A stretch of 50,754 bases of DNA from Reyranella sp. (GCA_017990895.1 JAGNNA010000001.1:1-50754), one strand, 5' to 3'; positions 1-10,765 are shown, numbered from the stretch's first letter. Made by a program: numbers and translations. The notes: generated by a model from the letters alone, not told the origin.

Positions 1-413
1 CGTCGATCCGGGTGCGCTGGTTCGCGGGGTTCGCCAAGCTGGAGCGGGCGATCATCCTGAAGCGCTACCGGTCGTACGGGCTCTTCCTGCCTTTCGTGCG
101 GTGGGCCAAGGAATTCTGCCGCAAGAAGGGCTACCCCAAGGCCTACCTGCACGGCCAGAAGCGCTTGTGGCCGATCTTCGAGAAGGATGGCTTCCGCAAG
201 GTCGACGACAAGGTCTTTCACTTCTCCGACCATGAGTACGGCGCGTTCGCCTGCGATCTCGAGGTTGGCCCGGACGCCCCGACCGTGCTGACCGACCCGA
301 TGGTGCTGAACCGTCCGGAGGACAAGCTGGACATGCCGGGCATCCTGGAAGAGTCGATGGAACGGGGAGCGTCCTGTCCGCACGCGGAATGGACCGAACG
401 GCGCGCGAGCTGA
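1..413 (+). CDS. GNAT-family N-acetyltransferase, 5' end outside the window
   Basis: The frame is open from the window edge (SIRVRWFAGFAKLERAII...KGYPKAYLHGQ). It shares the R-x-R-W-F...F-A-x-x-E-R motif with the downstream GNAT. Confidence 0.7.
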   Translation, partial: SIRVRWFAGFAKLERAIILKRYRSYGLFLPFVRWAKEFCRKKGYPKAYLHGQKRLWPIFEKDGFRKVDDKVFHFSDHEYGAFACDLEVGPDAPTVLTDPMVLNRPEDKLDMPGILEESMERGASCPHAEWTERRAS

Positions 414-427
414 GGAGAGTGGGACAA

Positions 428-994
428 ATGAGCACCAACACACGTTCGATTGGCGGCCAGGCCGTCACCATCAAGCTGGCCATGAAGATGGAAGACTCCC
501 TTCAGGCCTTCGCAGTCCGCGCCGCCTGCTTCATCGGCGAGCAGGACGTACCGTACTCGGAGGAATTCGACGGCCACGATTTCGGCGCCACCCACATCAT
601 TGCCTATCTGGGCGACGAGCCGGCGGGCGCCGTTCGCCTGCGGTGGTTCCAGTCCTTCGCCATGCCGGAGCGGCTGGCGGTGATGAAGCGCTTCCGCGGC
701 AACGACATCGGCCAGCTCCTCATCGATCGCTGCGCCAGGATCGCGGAGAGCCGCGGCTGCAGGATGCTCTATACGCAGGCCCTGCCGCAGGACATCAAGT
801 ACTGGGAACGGCACGGTTGGCGCCGTCTCGAAGCCGACGATACCGGCAAGGGACCCAAGCGCGTCGTTGCGATGGTAAGGGCCGTCGATCCGAGCAAGCC
901 GTTGCCCGAGACCGCGGCGCCCGACTCCGTCGCCCTGCGCAAGGAGCGGCAGGTCGACCCGTCGGGCCTGCCTGTCGGCGGAGATGGCACCTGA
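428..994 (+). CDS. GNAT-family N-acetyltransferase (ElaA/YjcF-like)
   Basis: ATG at 428 follows GAGGAG. Motifs: VRAACFIGEQDVPYSEEFDGHD, ATHIIAY, ERLAVMKRFRGNDIG (acetyl-CoA binding motif A). Confidence 0.8.
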   Translation: MSTNTRSIGGQAVTIKLAMKMEDSLQAFAVRAACFIGEQDVPYSEEFDGHDFGATHIIAYLGDEPAGAVRLRWFQSFAMPERLAVMKRFRGNDIGQLLIDRCARIAESRGCRMLYTQALPQDIKYWERHGWRRLEADDTGKGPKRVVAMVRAVDPSKPLPETAAPDSVALRKERQVDPSGLPVGGDGT

Positions 995-1034
995 AGCGGA
1001 AGTCGGACTAACCTCGAGTCGGATTGCCCTCGCT

Positions 1035-1049
1035 TGGCACCGCTTTTGC
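1035..1049 (+). promoter_or_regulatory. Putative sigma-54 (RpoN) -24/-12 promoter
   Basis: TGGCAC-CGCTT-TTGC with exact GG-N10-GC spacing, intergenic, about 75 nt upstream of ORF 1124. Confidence 0.6.
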
Positions 1050-1123
1050 GGTAGGCTTATGTAACCGGCGGTCGGCCGGGAGCGGGAGAGATGTTCCACG
1101 CGTAAGCGTCAGGTGGGTACACA

Positions 1124-1387
1124 ATGACGGATGTCTTCGAGATCATCGTCGAACCGAATATTCGGCGGCGGCGCAGTCGTGTGCCGCTTTCGGAGAAGAA
1201 GCGAGCGGCGGCGCTGTTCCGGGTCTGGCACAGCGTGAGGGAGATGATCGAGGAGGCCGAGCTTCTGGGTGACGGCGAGCTCGTGCATTTCCTGGCGGTG
1301 TCACAGCTCCTTGTAGAGGAGCGTGTCACGATGCTGACCAGCAACGTGGCGGCCTTCGCAACCGCGGACACCTCGCTGCCGAACTGA
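1124..1387 (+). CDS. Hypothetical protein, 87 aa
   Basis: Fills the intergenic gap, has typical codon usage and a helical-looking sequence; no family recognised. Confidence 0.65.
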   Translation: MTDVFEIIVEPNIRRRRSRVPLSEKKRAAALFRVWHSVREMIEEAELLGDGELVHFLAVSQLLVEERVTMLTSNVAAFATADTSLPN

Positions 1388-1400
1388 AATCCCGAACGGC

Positions 1401-2285
1401 CTATTTGTGCCGGGGGTCGAGCGCATCGCGCAGGCCGTCGCCCAGAAGGTTGAAAGACAGAACCGCGAAGAAAATCGCGAAGCCCGGCCAGAAAGCCATC
1501 CACGGCGCCTGCGCGATGAAGCGCTGGGCGGAGTTCAGCATGCTGCCCCATGAGGGCGAGGGCGGCTGCTGGCCGAGGCCGAGGAACGAGAGGGCCGCCT
1601 CGGCGATGATTGCGCCGGCGATGGCGAGCGAGGCCTGCACCAGCAGGGGCGGCACGATGTTGGGCAGGACGTGGCGCAGCGCGATGCGCCAGTGTGGATT
1701 GCCGACCGCGCGCGCCGCCTCGACGTAATCCTCGACCTTGGCGGCGATGGTCTGGCCGCGGGTCAGCCGGATGAAGACCGGCGTGGCGGTGACGCCGATG
1801 GCGATCATCGCATTGCTCAGGCTCGGCCCGAGGAAGGCGGCCAGCGCGATCGCCAGAATGAGGAACGGAATGGCCAGCATCGCGTCGACGATCCGCGATA
1901 GGACCGCGTCGATCCAGCCGCCGGCGTAGCCCGCCAGCAGGCCGAGCGGTACGCCGATGCCGAGCGCGATGCCGACCGACACGAGACCGGCGCTGAGCGA
2001 GGCGCGGGCGCCCCAGATGATGCGGGCCAGCACGTCGCGGCCGACTTCGTCGGTCCCGAGCCAATGCGCCCAGGAGGGCGGCTTGCGCACCTGGGTGAAG
2101 CTCGTGGCGATGGGATCGTAGGGCGAGATCAGCGGCGCGAGGATCGCGACCAGGACGAACAGCACCACGACCACCAGCCCGAACATGGCGCCCTTGCGCC
2201 GCTTGAGCCGGCGCCAGGCGCGGGCCCACGGATTTTCCTCGCGGGCGTCTGTGGCAGGGACGGTGGGAACGACGGCGGCGGTCAT
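1401..2285 (-). CDS. Peptide/glutathione ABC transporter permease (DppC/GsiD-like)
   Basis: HWLGTDEVGRDVLARIIWGAR; EAA motif YVEAARAVG; EAALSFLGLG. Confidence 0.93.
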   Translation of the reverse strand: MTAAVVPTVPATDAREENPWARAWRRLKRRKGAMFGLVVVVLFVLVAILAPLISPYDPIATSFTQVRKPPSWAHWLGTDEVGRDVLARIIWGARASLSAGLVSVGIALGIGVPLGLLAGYAGGWIDAVLSRIVDAMLAIPFLILAIALAAFLGPSLSNAMIAIGVTATPVFIRLTRGQTIAAKVEDYVEAARAVGNPHWRIALRHVLPNIVPPLLVQASLAIAGAIIAEAALSFLGLGQQPPSPSWGSMLNSAQRFIAQAPWMAFWPGFAIFFAVLSFNLLGDGLRDALDPRHK

Positions 2286-2289
2286 GGCA

Positions 2290-3231
2290 TCAGCCCCGCA
2301 GCCGCGGATTGACCAGTACGTAGGCCACGTCGGCCAGCAGGTTCAGCACGATGTAGGTCGTGGCGGTCACCAGCACGACGCCTTGCACGACCGCGTAATC
2401 GCGATTGAAGACCGAATCGACGATCAGCTTGCCGAAGCCCGGAATGGTGAAGATCTGCTCGGTGAGCACCGCGCCCGACAACAACGTGCCGAATTCGAGG
2501 GCACCCAGGGTGATGACCGGCGTCATGGCGTTGCGGAGCGCATGCTTCAGGACGACACGCCGCTCGTAGAGGCCCTTGGCACGGGCCGTCCGTACATAGT
2601 CCGCACCCATCGCCTGCAGCATGGCGCTGCGCGTGTGCCGCATCAGCACGGCGGCGATCGCATTGCCCAGCACGAAGGCGGGCATCACGGTGGTGGCGAG
2701 GCTGGCTTTCCAGTCCTCGCCCAGCCGGACATAGCCCGAAGCCGGCAGCCAGCCGAGCGTCACGGAGAACAGGAAGATCATCAGGATGCCCAGCCAGAAA
2801 TTGGGCGTGCTGAGACCCCACAGGGCGAAGACGTTGGCGCCGTAATCCCAGGCGGTGTCTTTCTTTACTGCCGAGATGATGCCGGCCGGGATGCCGATGC
2901 CCAGCGCCACGATCAGTGCCATGGCGGCGAGCTGCAGGGTCACCGGCAGCTTCTCGGCGACCAGCGACGATACCGAGCTCTTGAGCCGCATCGACTCGCC
3001 CAGGTTCCCGGAGAGCACACCCTTGATCCAGTAGAAGTATTGAACCGGGATCGGCTCGTTCAGCCGGTACTGCTCGCGGATCTCCTCGAGGACCTTCGGG
3101 TCGCGCTCCTCTCCCGCCATGATCAGCGCCGGATCGCCCGGCAGGAGCTGCTGCAGGCCGAAGATCAGCATCGACACCAGGATCAGTGTCGGGATGATCT
3201 GCAGCAGTCGCTGGGAGAGGAAGGTCAGCAA
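2290..3231 (-). CDS. Peptide/glutathione ABC transporter permease (DppB/GsiC-like)
   Basis: LPGDPA, YVRTARAKGL, KHALRNA, EQIFTIPGFG, RDYAVVQG. Confidence 0.93.
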   Translation of the reverse strand: MLTFLSQRLLQIIPTLILVSMLIFGLQQLLPGDPALIMAGEERDPKVLEEIREQYRLNEPIPVQYFYWIKGVLSGNLGESMRLKSSVSSLVAEKLPVTLQLAAMALIVALGIGIPAGIISAVKKDTAWDYGANVFALWGLSTPNFWLGILMIFLFSVTLGWLPASGYVRLGEDWKASLATTVMPAFVLGNAIAAVLMRHTRSAMLQAMGADYVRTARAKGLYERRVVLKHALRNAMTPVITLGALEFGTLLSGAVLTEQIFTIPGFGKLIVDSVFNRDYAVVQGVVLVTATTYIVLNLLADVAYVLVNPRLRG

Positions 3232-3240
3232 GGCCCGGTC

Positions 3241-4758
3241 TTACTTCAGCTTGACGCCGACGACGCGGATCAGGCCGTCGGGCATCTGCTTGTAGCCGTC
3301 GACCTTGTCGGAGAGCGCGACCAGGACACGGCGATGGTAGAGGTACTTGATCGAGCCCTCGGGCAGGTACTTGGCGGTGATCTTCTCGTAGATCTTCTTG
3401 CGCTCGGCGGGATCGCTCTTGATGCGGGCCTCGTTGTGCCAGGCGTCGACGTCCTTGTCGCAATAGCCGGAATTGTTCTGCGGCTGGCCGCAGACATGGA
3501 AGATGTAGGAGTTGCCGTCGGGGTCGCTGCGGCCCGACCATCCGATCAGGTAGAGCTGGTACTCGCCGCTCTCGGACTGCTTCAGCGAGGTCGCGAACTC
3601 GGTGACGCGGATCTTGAGATCGAATCCGGTCTCCGCCACCATCGACTGCAGCACCTCGGCGACCTGCCTCGTCTCGGGGTTGTTCGGCACCATGAAGTCG
3701 AGCGACATGCGGCCAGTGACACCGGCTTCCTTGAGCAGCGCCCTGGCCTTGGCGACGTCGCGCTTCGGCACCGGGAAAGCCTGCTGGTAGTAGGGATTGC
3801 TCGGATTGATCCACTGGTTGCCGACGACGAACTCGCCGTTGAAGACGACCTGGTTCAGGGCATCGCGGTCGATCGACAGCTCGAAGGCCTGGCGGACGCG
3901 GGCGTCCTTGGCCAGCGGCGTATCGGCCTTCGGTCCGTTGGACAGGTTGATGGTGAGGCCCTGGTAGCCGAGCTCGACCGCCGTAACGAGCTTGAGCTTG
4001 GGGTTGTCGCGCACTGTCTTGATGTCTGTCGCCAGCACGCGCTCGACCATGTCGAGGCTGCCGGAGCGCAGGTTGGCGAGACGCACGGTCGAGTCGGTGA
4101 TCGGCAGGTAGGTGATCCTGTCGATGAAGACCCGGTCCTTGTTCCAGTAGTCGGCGAACTTCTCGACCACGATGCGGTCCTGCTGGACCCGCTCGACGAA
4201 CTTGTAGGGGCCGGCACAGACCGGCTTCAGGCCGAACTTGTCGCCGGCGGCCTCCGCGGCCTTGGGCGAAACCATCATGCCGGCGCGATCGGTGAGCTGC
4301 GCCAGCAGCGGCGAGAAGGGCTCCTTGAGGCTGAGTTTGACGGTCGTCGGATCCACGACCTCGATGGAAGCGACGGAGGCCAGCTCGGGCCTGCGGAACG
4401 AGCCTTTCATGTTGAGGTGGCGCTCGAGGCTGTATTTCGCGGCGGCGGCGTCGAACGTCTCACCGTCATGGAACTTCACGCCGGGGCGCAGCTTGATCGT
4501 GACGGCCTTGCCGTCGGCCGAAGTCTCGTGGCCGAGCGCGAGCTGCGGCACGATCGCCAGCTTCTCGTCGATGTCGAACAGCTTGTCGCAGATCGAGGAG
4601 AAGACGATGCGCCCAACATAGGTGCGGGCCAGGGTCGGATCGAGCACGTCCGGATCCTCTGCGAGGCCAACGCGCAGGTTGCTCTGGGCGGCGGCGCCGG
4701 ACGCGGCGAGGCCGACGAATGCGGCGGCCAGTGCCAGGCGATGAACCATCTTCTTCAT
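3241..4758 (-). CDS. ABC transporter substrate-binding protein, family 5 (DppA/GsiB-like)
   Basis: Signal peptide [14 protein letters not shown]...AAA; [10 protein letters not shown]; [11 protein letters not shown]. The start overlaps the upstream stop (ATGA). Confidence 0.92.
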   Translation of the reverse strand: MKKMVHRLALAAAFVGLAASGAAAQSNLRVGLAEDPDVLDPTLARTYVGRIVFSSICDKLFDIDEKLAIVPQLALGHETSADGKAVTIKLRPGVKFHDGETFDAAAAKYSLERHLNMKGSFRRPELASVASIEVVDPTTVKLSLKEPFSPLLAQLTDRAGMMVSPKAAEAAGDKFGLKPVCAGPYKFVERVQQDRIVVEKFADYWNKDRVFIDRITYLPITDSTVRLANLRSGSLDMVERVLATDIKTVRDNPKLKLVTAVELGYQGLTINLSNGPKADTPLAKDARVRQAFELSIDRDALNQVVFNGEFVVGNQWINPSNPYYQQAFPVPKRDVAKARALLKEAGVTGRMSLDFMVPNNPETRQVAEVLQSMVAETGFDLKIRVTEFATSLKQSESGEYQLYLIGWSGRSDPDGNSYIFHVCGQPQNNSGYCDKDVDAWHNEARIKSDPAERKKIYEKITAKYLPEGSIKYLYHRRVLVALSDKVDGYKQMPDGLIRVVGVKLK

Positions 4759-5834
4759 GTTGCCTCCGTTTGAGTGGTGACGAACGCTGCCTGCAGGCGG
4801 GCCAGTCGCAGTCGGTCTTGATCTTGGCCAGCGCCCTCGGCGAGCGAGGGCGCGGGCGGTAGTTCGGGCCACCACGGGCAGGCCGTGGCGTGCCCCGCAT
4901 CGTCGTCGACCAGGGCCGGCATATCGACCTTGCAGGACGGGCGGACGTAGCGGCAGCGCGTGTGGAAGCGGCAGCCCGGCGGCGGGTTCATCGCGCTCGG
5001 AATGTCGCCTTCCAGCAGGGCGCGCTCGCGGACCACTGTCGGGTCGGGCAGCGGCACCGCCGACAGAAGCGCGCGCGTATAAGGGTGGCGCGGGTTTCGG
5101 AAGAGTTCGTCGGTCGTTGCGGTTTCCACGATCTTGCCGAGATACATCACGGCGATGCGGTCGGCGATATGCTTCACGACCGCGAGATCGTGGCTGATGA
5201 AGACGTAGGCGAGGCCGAAGCGAACCTGCAGCGACCGCATGAGATTGACGACCTGCGCCTGGATCGACACGTCGAGCGCCGAGACCGGCTCGTCGGCCAC
5301 GATGAGCTTGGGCTCGACCGCCAGTGCACGGGCGATCGCCAGGCGCTGGCGCTGGCCGCCGGAAAATTCGTGCGGATAGCGGCGCGCATGCTCGGGCCGC
5401 AGGCCGACCAGTTCCAGCAGCTCGCCGACCCGCGCGCGTCGCGCCGACTCTGAAGCGGCGAGCCCGTGCAGCATCAGGGGCTCGCCCAGCATGGCGCCCA
5501 CGGTCATGCGCGGATTGAGTGAGGCGTAGGGGTCCTGGAAGATCACCTGCATGTGCCGCCGCTGGGCGCGCATGCGTGAGTCGGTCAGGCGAAGAAGATC
5601 CTCACCCTCGAAGCGGACGCTGCCGCCGGTCGGTTCGAGCAGGCGCAGCACCAGCCGGCCGACCGTGGACTTGCCGCAGCCCGATTCGCCGACGATCGCC
5701 AGCGTTTCGCCGGCGTCGACATGGAAGTCGACGCCATCCACCGCGCGGACATGGCCGGAGACGAGTCCGAAGGCACCACTCCTCACCGGGAAATGCTTCT
5801 GCAGCCCCTGAACCGCGAGCAGAGCGCCACTCAT
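4755..5834 (-). CDS. Peptide ABC transporter ATP-binding subunit (DppF-like)
   Basis: [32 protein letters not shown] and the C-terminal GCRFHTRC. Confidence 0.93.
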   Translation of the reverse strand: MSGALLAVQGLQKHFPVRSGAFGLVSGHVRAVDGVDFHVDAGETLAIVGESGCGKSTVGRLVLRLLEPTGGSVRFEGEDLLRLTDSRMRAQRRHMQVIFQDPYASLNPRMTVGAMLGEPLMLHGLAASESARRARVGELLELVGLRPEHARRYPHEFSGGQRQRLAIARALAVEPKLIVADEPVSALDVSIQAQVVNLMRSLQVRFGLAYVFISHDLAVVKHIADRIAVMYLGKIVETATTDELFRNPRHPYTRALLSAVPLPDPTVVRERALLEGDIPSAMNPPPGCRFHTRCRYVRPSCKVDMPALVDDDAGHATACPWWPELPPAPSLAEGAGQDQDRLRLARLQAAFVTTQTEAT

Positions 5835-6814
5835 GCCACGACCTGTGAGAGCGGAGCGCGGCGACAGCGCGAGAGATGGCCCGGGGCGACCTCGACAAGT
5901 ACCGGCGGCGCGGCGATGCATTCGGGCTCGACGAAGGGACAGCGGGCGGCGAAGCGGCAGCCGGGAGGTGGGCGCGTCATGTCGGGCATGCGGCCCTCGA
6001 TCGACGGCAGCCGCTCGCGCTTTTCGTCGAGCCGCGGGATCGAGCCCAGCAGCCCGACCGTGTAGGGATGCTCCGGTCGCGCGAAGAGATCGTGCACGGC
6101 GGCCCGCTCGACGATCTGCCCCGCATACATGACGGCGACGTCGTCGGCCATTTCCGCCACCACGCCGAGATCGTGGGTGATCAGGATGATGGCGGTCCCG
6201 GTGTCGCGGCGCAGGCCGCACATCAGGTCGAGGATCTGCGCCTGGATGGTCACGTCGAGAGCCGTCGTCGGCTCGTCGGCGATGAGGAGCTGCGGGCCGC
6301 AGGCCAGCGCCATGGCGATCATGGCGCGCTGGCGCATACCGCCGGAGAGCTTGTGCGGATAGTCGTCGACGCGCTTCTCCGGCGAGGGAATGCGCACCAG
6401 TTTCAGCACCTCGATGGCGCGGGCCCGAGCCGCCGCCTTGTCGAGGTCCTGATGCCGCTGGATCGCCTCGATGATCTGGTCGCCGATCGTGTAGGAGGGA
6501 TTGAGCGAGGTCATCGGCTCCTGGAAGATCATCGCGAGCCGCGCGCCGCGCAGGTCGCGCAGCAGATGCGCATCGAGCGTCAGCAGGTCGCGCCCCTCGA
6601 ACACGACCGCGCCGCCGACCGTCGAGTTCTCCGGCGGCAGCAGGCCCATGATGGCGAGCGACGTCACGCTCTTGCCGCAGCCCGACTCGCCCACCAGGCC
6701 GAGCGTCCGGCCGCGGTCCAGAGCCAAGTCGATGCCGTCGACGGCATGGACGACGCCGTCGTCGGTGGCGAAGTCCACCGTCAGTCCGCGCAGTTCCAGC
6801 AGCGCGTCACTCAT
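5831..6814 (-). CDS. Peptide ABC transporter ATP-binding subunit (DppD-like)
   Basis: [36 protein letters not shown]. Confidence 0.93.
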   Translation of the reverse strand: MSDALLELRGLTVDFATDDGVVHAVDGIDLALDRGRTLGLVGESGCGKSVTSLAIMGLLPPENSTVGGAVVFEGRDLLTLDAHLLRDLRGARLAMIFQEPMTSLNPSYTIGDQIIEAIQRHQDLDKAAARARAIEVLKLVRIPSPEKRVDDYPHKLSGGMRQRAMIAMALACGPQLLIADEPTTALDVTIQAQILDLMCGLRRDTGTAIILITHDLGVVAEMADDVAVMYAGQIVERAAVHDLFARPEHPYTVGLLGSIPRLDEKRERLPSIEGRMPDMTRPPPGCRFAARCPFVEPECIAAPPVLVEVAPGHLSRCRRAPLSQVVA

Positions 6815-6839
6815 CTCTGTGTGTACGCCAGAAGAGCGT

Positions 6840-8645
6840 TCATCGGCCCGCCGCGTAACCCTGCATGCCGCGCGGATTGGCGGCCGCCTTGCGCCACGGG
6901 TCGTCGCGCGTCGCGGCCGTCAGGCGGCCTTCCGACCATTCATCGTTCACCTCGACCTCGTGGCCGCGCTTCTTCAGCTCGGCGACGGTATCCTTCGGGA
7001 TACGGCCTTCCAGCACCAGCACGCCCGGGCGTGCGGTGCGTGGCCAGAAGGAGGAGGGGAAGTGCTCGCTGTGCCAGGCCGGCGCATCGATCGCCTCCTG
7101 GAGGTTCATGTCGCAATGCACGTGCCGCAGGAAGTGCTGCGTGATCCACTGGTCCTGCTGGTCGCCGCCCGGCGAGCCCCACACCATGTACGGCTTGCCG
7201 TCGCGATGGGCCAAAGTGGGCGTGAGCGTGCTGCGCGGGCGCTTGCCCGGCGCCAGCGACCCGGGAAGGCCTTCCTCCAGCCAGAACATCTGGCCGCGCG
7301 TGCCGAGCGGAAAACCCAGTTCGGGAATGACCGGCGAACTCTGCAGCCAGCCGCCTGAGGGCGTGGCCGAGATCATGTTGCCGTCCTTGTCGATGATGTC
7401 GAAATGCACCGTGTCGCCGTTCGTCTGGCCGACGCGCCCGACCGTCGGCTCGCCGGCGCCGCTCGACACGACGCCGAGGCGCACGCCGTCTGCGCGGCGC
7501 AGCTTCACGACGCCGCCGAAGCCGTCGACCTTGCCGGGCCGCTGCTCCATGGAGGCCTGAGCCGGGTCGACGAGCGCTCGGCGCTCGGCGTTGTAGGCGT
7601 CCGACAGCAATGTCTCCATCGGCACGTCGACGAACGCCGGATCGCCATAGAAGGCCTCACGATCGGCATAGGCGAGCTTCAGGCATTCGACCTGCAGATG
7701 GATGAAGTCGGGGCTGGTCGGATCCATGCCGTCGAGGTCGAAGCCCTTGAGCAGGGCGAGTTGCTGCAGGACCACCGGGCCCTGCGTCCAAGTGTGCGCC
7801 TTGCAAACCGTGTACCGGCCGTAATCGTAGGTGAGGGGCGCTTCGACCGTGGCCTGCCACTTGGCCATGTCCTGGCCGGTCAGCACGCCCTTGTTGGGCC
7901 GACCCGAGACGTCCATCACCTCCTGGGTGCGGCAGAACTCATCGATCGCCGCCGCGACGAAGCCCTGGTTCCAGGCTTTCCGGGCCCGCTCGATCTCCGC
8001 CTCGCGGCCGCCGCCACCGGCCTCGGCCTCCTTCAGGATCCGGGCATAGGTGTTGCCCAGGGTGACGTTGCGGAAGAGCGACATGGGCTTCGGCACGTCA
8101 CCGCCCGGCAGGAACACCGCGGCCGATGTCTTCCAATGGGTGCGGAACTGCTCGGCCACGGTGGCGATGGTCGCAGTCGCGCGCTCGACGATGGCATGGC
8201 CGTTCAGCCAGTAGCCGATGGCCGGCGACAGCACGTCGGCCAGACGCATCGTGCCGTAGTCGCGCAGGACCAGCATGTAGGCGTCGAACGTGCCCGGGAT
8301 GCAGGCCGCGAGGAGACCAGTGCCGGGAATCAGGTCGAGTCCGAGGCCCTTGTAGTGGGCGATGGTCGCGCCGGCCGGCATCGGCCCCTGGCCGCACACG
8401 ACCTCGGTCTTGCCGCGGCGGACGTCGTGCAGGATCAGAGGTGCGTCGCCGCCCGGACCGCACAGATGCGGCTCAACCACCTGCAGCGTGAAAGCGGTGG
8501 CCACGGCCGCATCGAAGGCGTTGCCACCCCGTTCGAGGATGCCCATGCCGACGGCCGTCGCGATCCAGTGCGTGGAGGTGACGACGCCGAACGTGCCGAC
8601 GATCTCGGGGCGCGTGGTGAAGGGATTGGGATTGATGAGCTTCAC
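6840..8645 (-). CDS. ggt: Gamma-glutamyltransferase family protein
   Basis: GGNAFDAAVA, EPHLCGPGG, catalytic Thr in GDTVHFDIID, PGKRPRSTLTP, GSPGGDQQ. The start codon is GTG. Confidence 0.9.
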   Translation of the reverse strand: MKLINPNPFTTRPEIVGTFGVVTSTHWIATAVGMGILERGGNAFDAAVATAFTLQVVEPHLCGPGGDAPLILHDVRRGKTEVVCGQGPMPAGATIAHYKGLGLDLIPGTGLLAACIPGTFDAYMLVLRDYGTMRLADVLSPAIGYWLNGHAIVERATATIATVAEQFRTHWKTSAAVFLPGGDVPKPMSLFRNVTLGNTYARILKEAEAGGGGREAEIERARKAWNQGFVAAAIDEFCRTQEVMDVSGRPNKGVLTGQDMAKWQATVEAPLTYDYGRYTVCKAHTWTQGPVVLQQLALLKGFDLDGMDPTSPDFIHLQVECLKLAYADREAFYGDPAFVDVPMETLLSDAYNAERRALVDPAQASMEQRPGKVDGFGGVVKLRRADGVRLGVVSSGAGEPTVGRVGQTNGDTVHFDIIDKDGNMISATPSGGWLQSSPVIPELGFPLGTRGQMFWLEEGLPGSLAPGKRPRSTLTPTLAHRDGKPYMVWGSPGGDQQDQWITQHFLRHVHCDMNLQEAIDAPAWHSEHFPSSFWPRTARPGVLVLEGRIPKDTVAELKKRGHEVEVNDEWSEGRLTAATRDDPWRKAAANPRGMQGYAAGR

Positions 8646-8695
8646 GGTCTTCTCCTCGCGCGGGCGGCGTGGAGCGACCTTAAGGCCCGTAGGCG

Positions 8696-9580
8696 CTAGC
8701 CGCCAGAGGTCGCCGGATCCGGCAGGCGCATCCAGGGCGGGGTTTCGGGCAGCAGGCGTGCGCCGCCGGCCGTGAGCGGGGTCCCGTTGCCGCGCACCGC
8801 ATCGAGCCGCAGCATCGCCAGCGCGCGATCGCCCGTGCCGGAACGCAACTCACCGACTTCCTCGCCGTCGCGAAGAACCGGCGTGCCCGGGTCGGGCAGC
8901 GCACCCTCGATCCTCACGGGGAACAGGCGTTTCTTGATCAGAGCGCGGTACTTGGTGCGGGCCGTCAGCTCCTGGCCCATGTAGCAGCCCTTCTTCCAAT
9001 CGACGCCATTCAACTCGTCGAAGCCGTTTTCCAACAGAAGTGCCTTTTCGACCTGGAGATCACGGCTGCCGTCGGGCACGCCCAGCGGCAGGCGCAGCGC
9101 GTCGTAGCCGGCCAATGGTGCTTCGGCGAAACCACGAGCGGCCAAGAGCGCTGGTGCCTGTCCCGCCGGGGCGAGCACGCGGACGCCCAGCGTCTCCAGT
9201 CGGGGATCGGCGAACGACACCGATCCCTCGATGCCGAGCGCCATCGACGTGTCGTCGCCGAATGCCACGGCGACGTCGAATGCGGCTCCCAGATCCTCGA
9301 CGGTGACCTTGGAACGCAGCGTGTACATCTTGAGCTTCTTCGCGAGGGCCGGCGCCCGTTCGCGTTCGGTCTCGAGGAAGAAGGTGTCGTTGCCGGCATC
9401 GGCCACGAACATGTCGTTGAGAAATCGTCCCTGCGGCGTGAGGAGCGCGGCCCAGATGGCTCGATCGGGCGCCACCTTCGTGGTGTCGTTGGAGATCAGC
9501 CCCTGCAGGAACTCGACCCGGTCGGCACCCGCGACGGAAATCACACTGCGATGGGGCAGGAGGGTGAAAAAGGATGGCAT
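8696..9580 (-). CDS. ygfZ: Folate-binding Fe-S/tRNA-modification protein YgfZ/Iba57
   Basis: FLQGLISND, LLTPQGR and the signature KGCYMGQE. Confidence 0.92.
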   Translation of the reverse strand: MPSFFTLLPHRSVISVAGADRVEFLQGLISNDTTKVAPDRAIWAALLTPQGRFLNDMFVADAGNDTFFLETERERAPALAKKLKMYTLRSKVTVEDLGAAFDVAVAFGDDTSMALGIEGSVSFADPRLETLGVRVLAPAGQAPALLAARGFAEAPLAGYDALRLPLGVPDGSRDLQVEKALLLENGFDELNGVDWKKGCYMGQELTARTKYRALIKKRLFPVRIEGALPDPGTPVLRDGEEVGELRSGTGDRALAMLRLDAVRGNGTPLTAGGARLLPETPPWMRLPDPATSGG

Positions 9581-9764
9581 GGCTGCAGAGTTGGGGGGCG
9601 CCTCGATGCTTGGCAAGCATCTCATGGCCGTAGTTGTATTGTGGGTAATAGCCGGCCGGCGGTTGACGGCACGCCGAGTGGACAGCGAAACGGAGCGTGT
9701 GCCGAGACTGTTTGTGTCCTGGCGGTCTTGCTACAGAACTGCGTCATATCGATTGGGAGCTTCC

Positions 9765-10757
9765 ATGACTTTCCGTGCGCTTGTCTTGACCCAGGGTGCC
9801 GACCGAAAGGTCAGTGGCGCCATTGAAACCATGGCCGAAGACAAGCTGCCGGCCGGCGACGTCGTCGTGGCGATCGACTATTCGACGCTGAACTACAAGG
9901 ACGGCCTCGTGCTCACGACGGGCGGTGGATTGGTCAAGACCTGGCCCCATGTCGGTGGCATCGACTTTGCGGGGACAGTCGAGACATCCGAGAATGCCGC
10001 GTTCAAGGCGGGCGACAAGGTCGTGTTGAACGGCTATCGCGTCGGAGAACTGCATTGGGGCGGCTACGCCACGAAGGCGCGCGTGAAGGGCGACTGGCTC
10101 GTCAGACTGCCAGGTTCCCTCTCGACCCGGCGAGCGATGGCGATCGGAACGGCGGGCTACACCTCCATGCTCTGCGTGATGGCTCTTGAGAAGCATGGGA
10201 TCGATCCGGCGAAAGGCGAGATCCTGGTCACGGGCGCTGCCGGCGGCGTCGGCTCGGTCGCCGTCGCGATCCTGGCCAAGCTCGGCTACACCGTGGTCGC
10301 GGCGACCGGGCGGCCCCAGGAAGGCGAATACCTCAAGTCGCTCGGCGCCACGACCATCATGGACCGCAAGGAACTGACCGAGGCGCCGGACCGCCCGTTG
10401 CTCGGCGAGCGTTTCGCCGGCGTCGTCGACACCGTGTCCGGCGTGATGTTCGCCAGGGCGCTCGCTCAGGTGAAGTACGGCGGTGCGGCGGCGGTCTGCG
10501 GTCTCGCCGCCGGCCCGTCGTTTCCCGGCTCGATCCTGCCCTTCATCCTGCGCGGTGTATCGGTCTACGGCATCGACTCGGTGATGCTGCCGAAGGCCCC
10601 GCGCGAAGAGGCCTGGCGCCGTCTCGGGAGCGACTTGCCGCTCGACAAGCTCGACAGCACCGTGAGCGAGGCGGGCCTTGGCGATCTGATGGGGCTGGCC
10701 CCAAGAATCCTCAAGGGCGAGGTCCGCGGTCGCGTGGTCGTCGACGTCAACAAGTAA
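9765..10757 (+). CDS. acuI: Acryloyl-CoA reductase AcuI/YhdH (MDR family)
   Basis: YSTLNYKDGL, GIDFAGTV, AMAIGTAGYT, TGAAGGVGS, LPFILRGV, GIDSV. Confidence 0.85.
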   Translation: MTFRALVLTQGADRKVSGAIETMAEDKLPAGDVVVAIDYSTLNYKDGLVLTTGGGLVKTWPHVGGIDFAGTVETSENAAFKAGDKVVLNGYRVGELHWGGYATKARVKGDWLVRLPGSLSTRRAMAIGTAGYTSMLCVMALEKHGIDPAKGEILVTGAAGGVGSVAVAILAKLGYTVVAATGRPQEGEYLKSLGATTIMDRKELTEAPDRPLLGERFAGVVDTVSGVMFARALAQVKYGGAAAVCGLAAGPSFPGSILPFILRGVSVYGIDSVMLPKAPREEAWRRLGSDLPLDKLDSTVSEAGLGDLMGLAPRILKGEVRGRVVVDVNK

Positions 10758-10765
10758 CGGGTGAA

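Noticed and set aside
2185-4773. 862-aa antisense ORF and the many other long shadow ORFs (e.g. 32282-34501, 48170-50047)
   Set aside because: They lie opposite well-supported genes, which is expected in high-GC DNA, and show no motifs.
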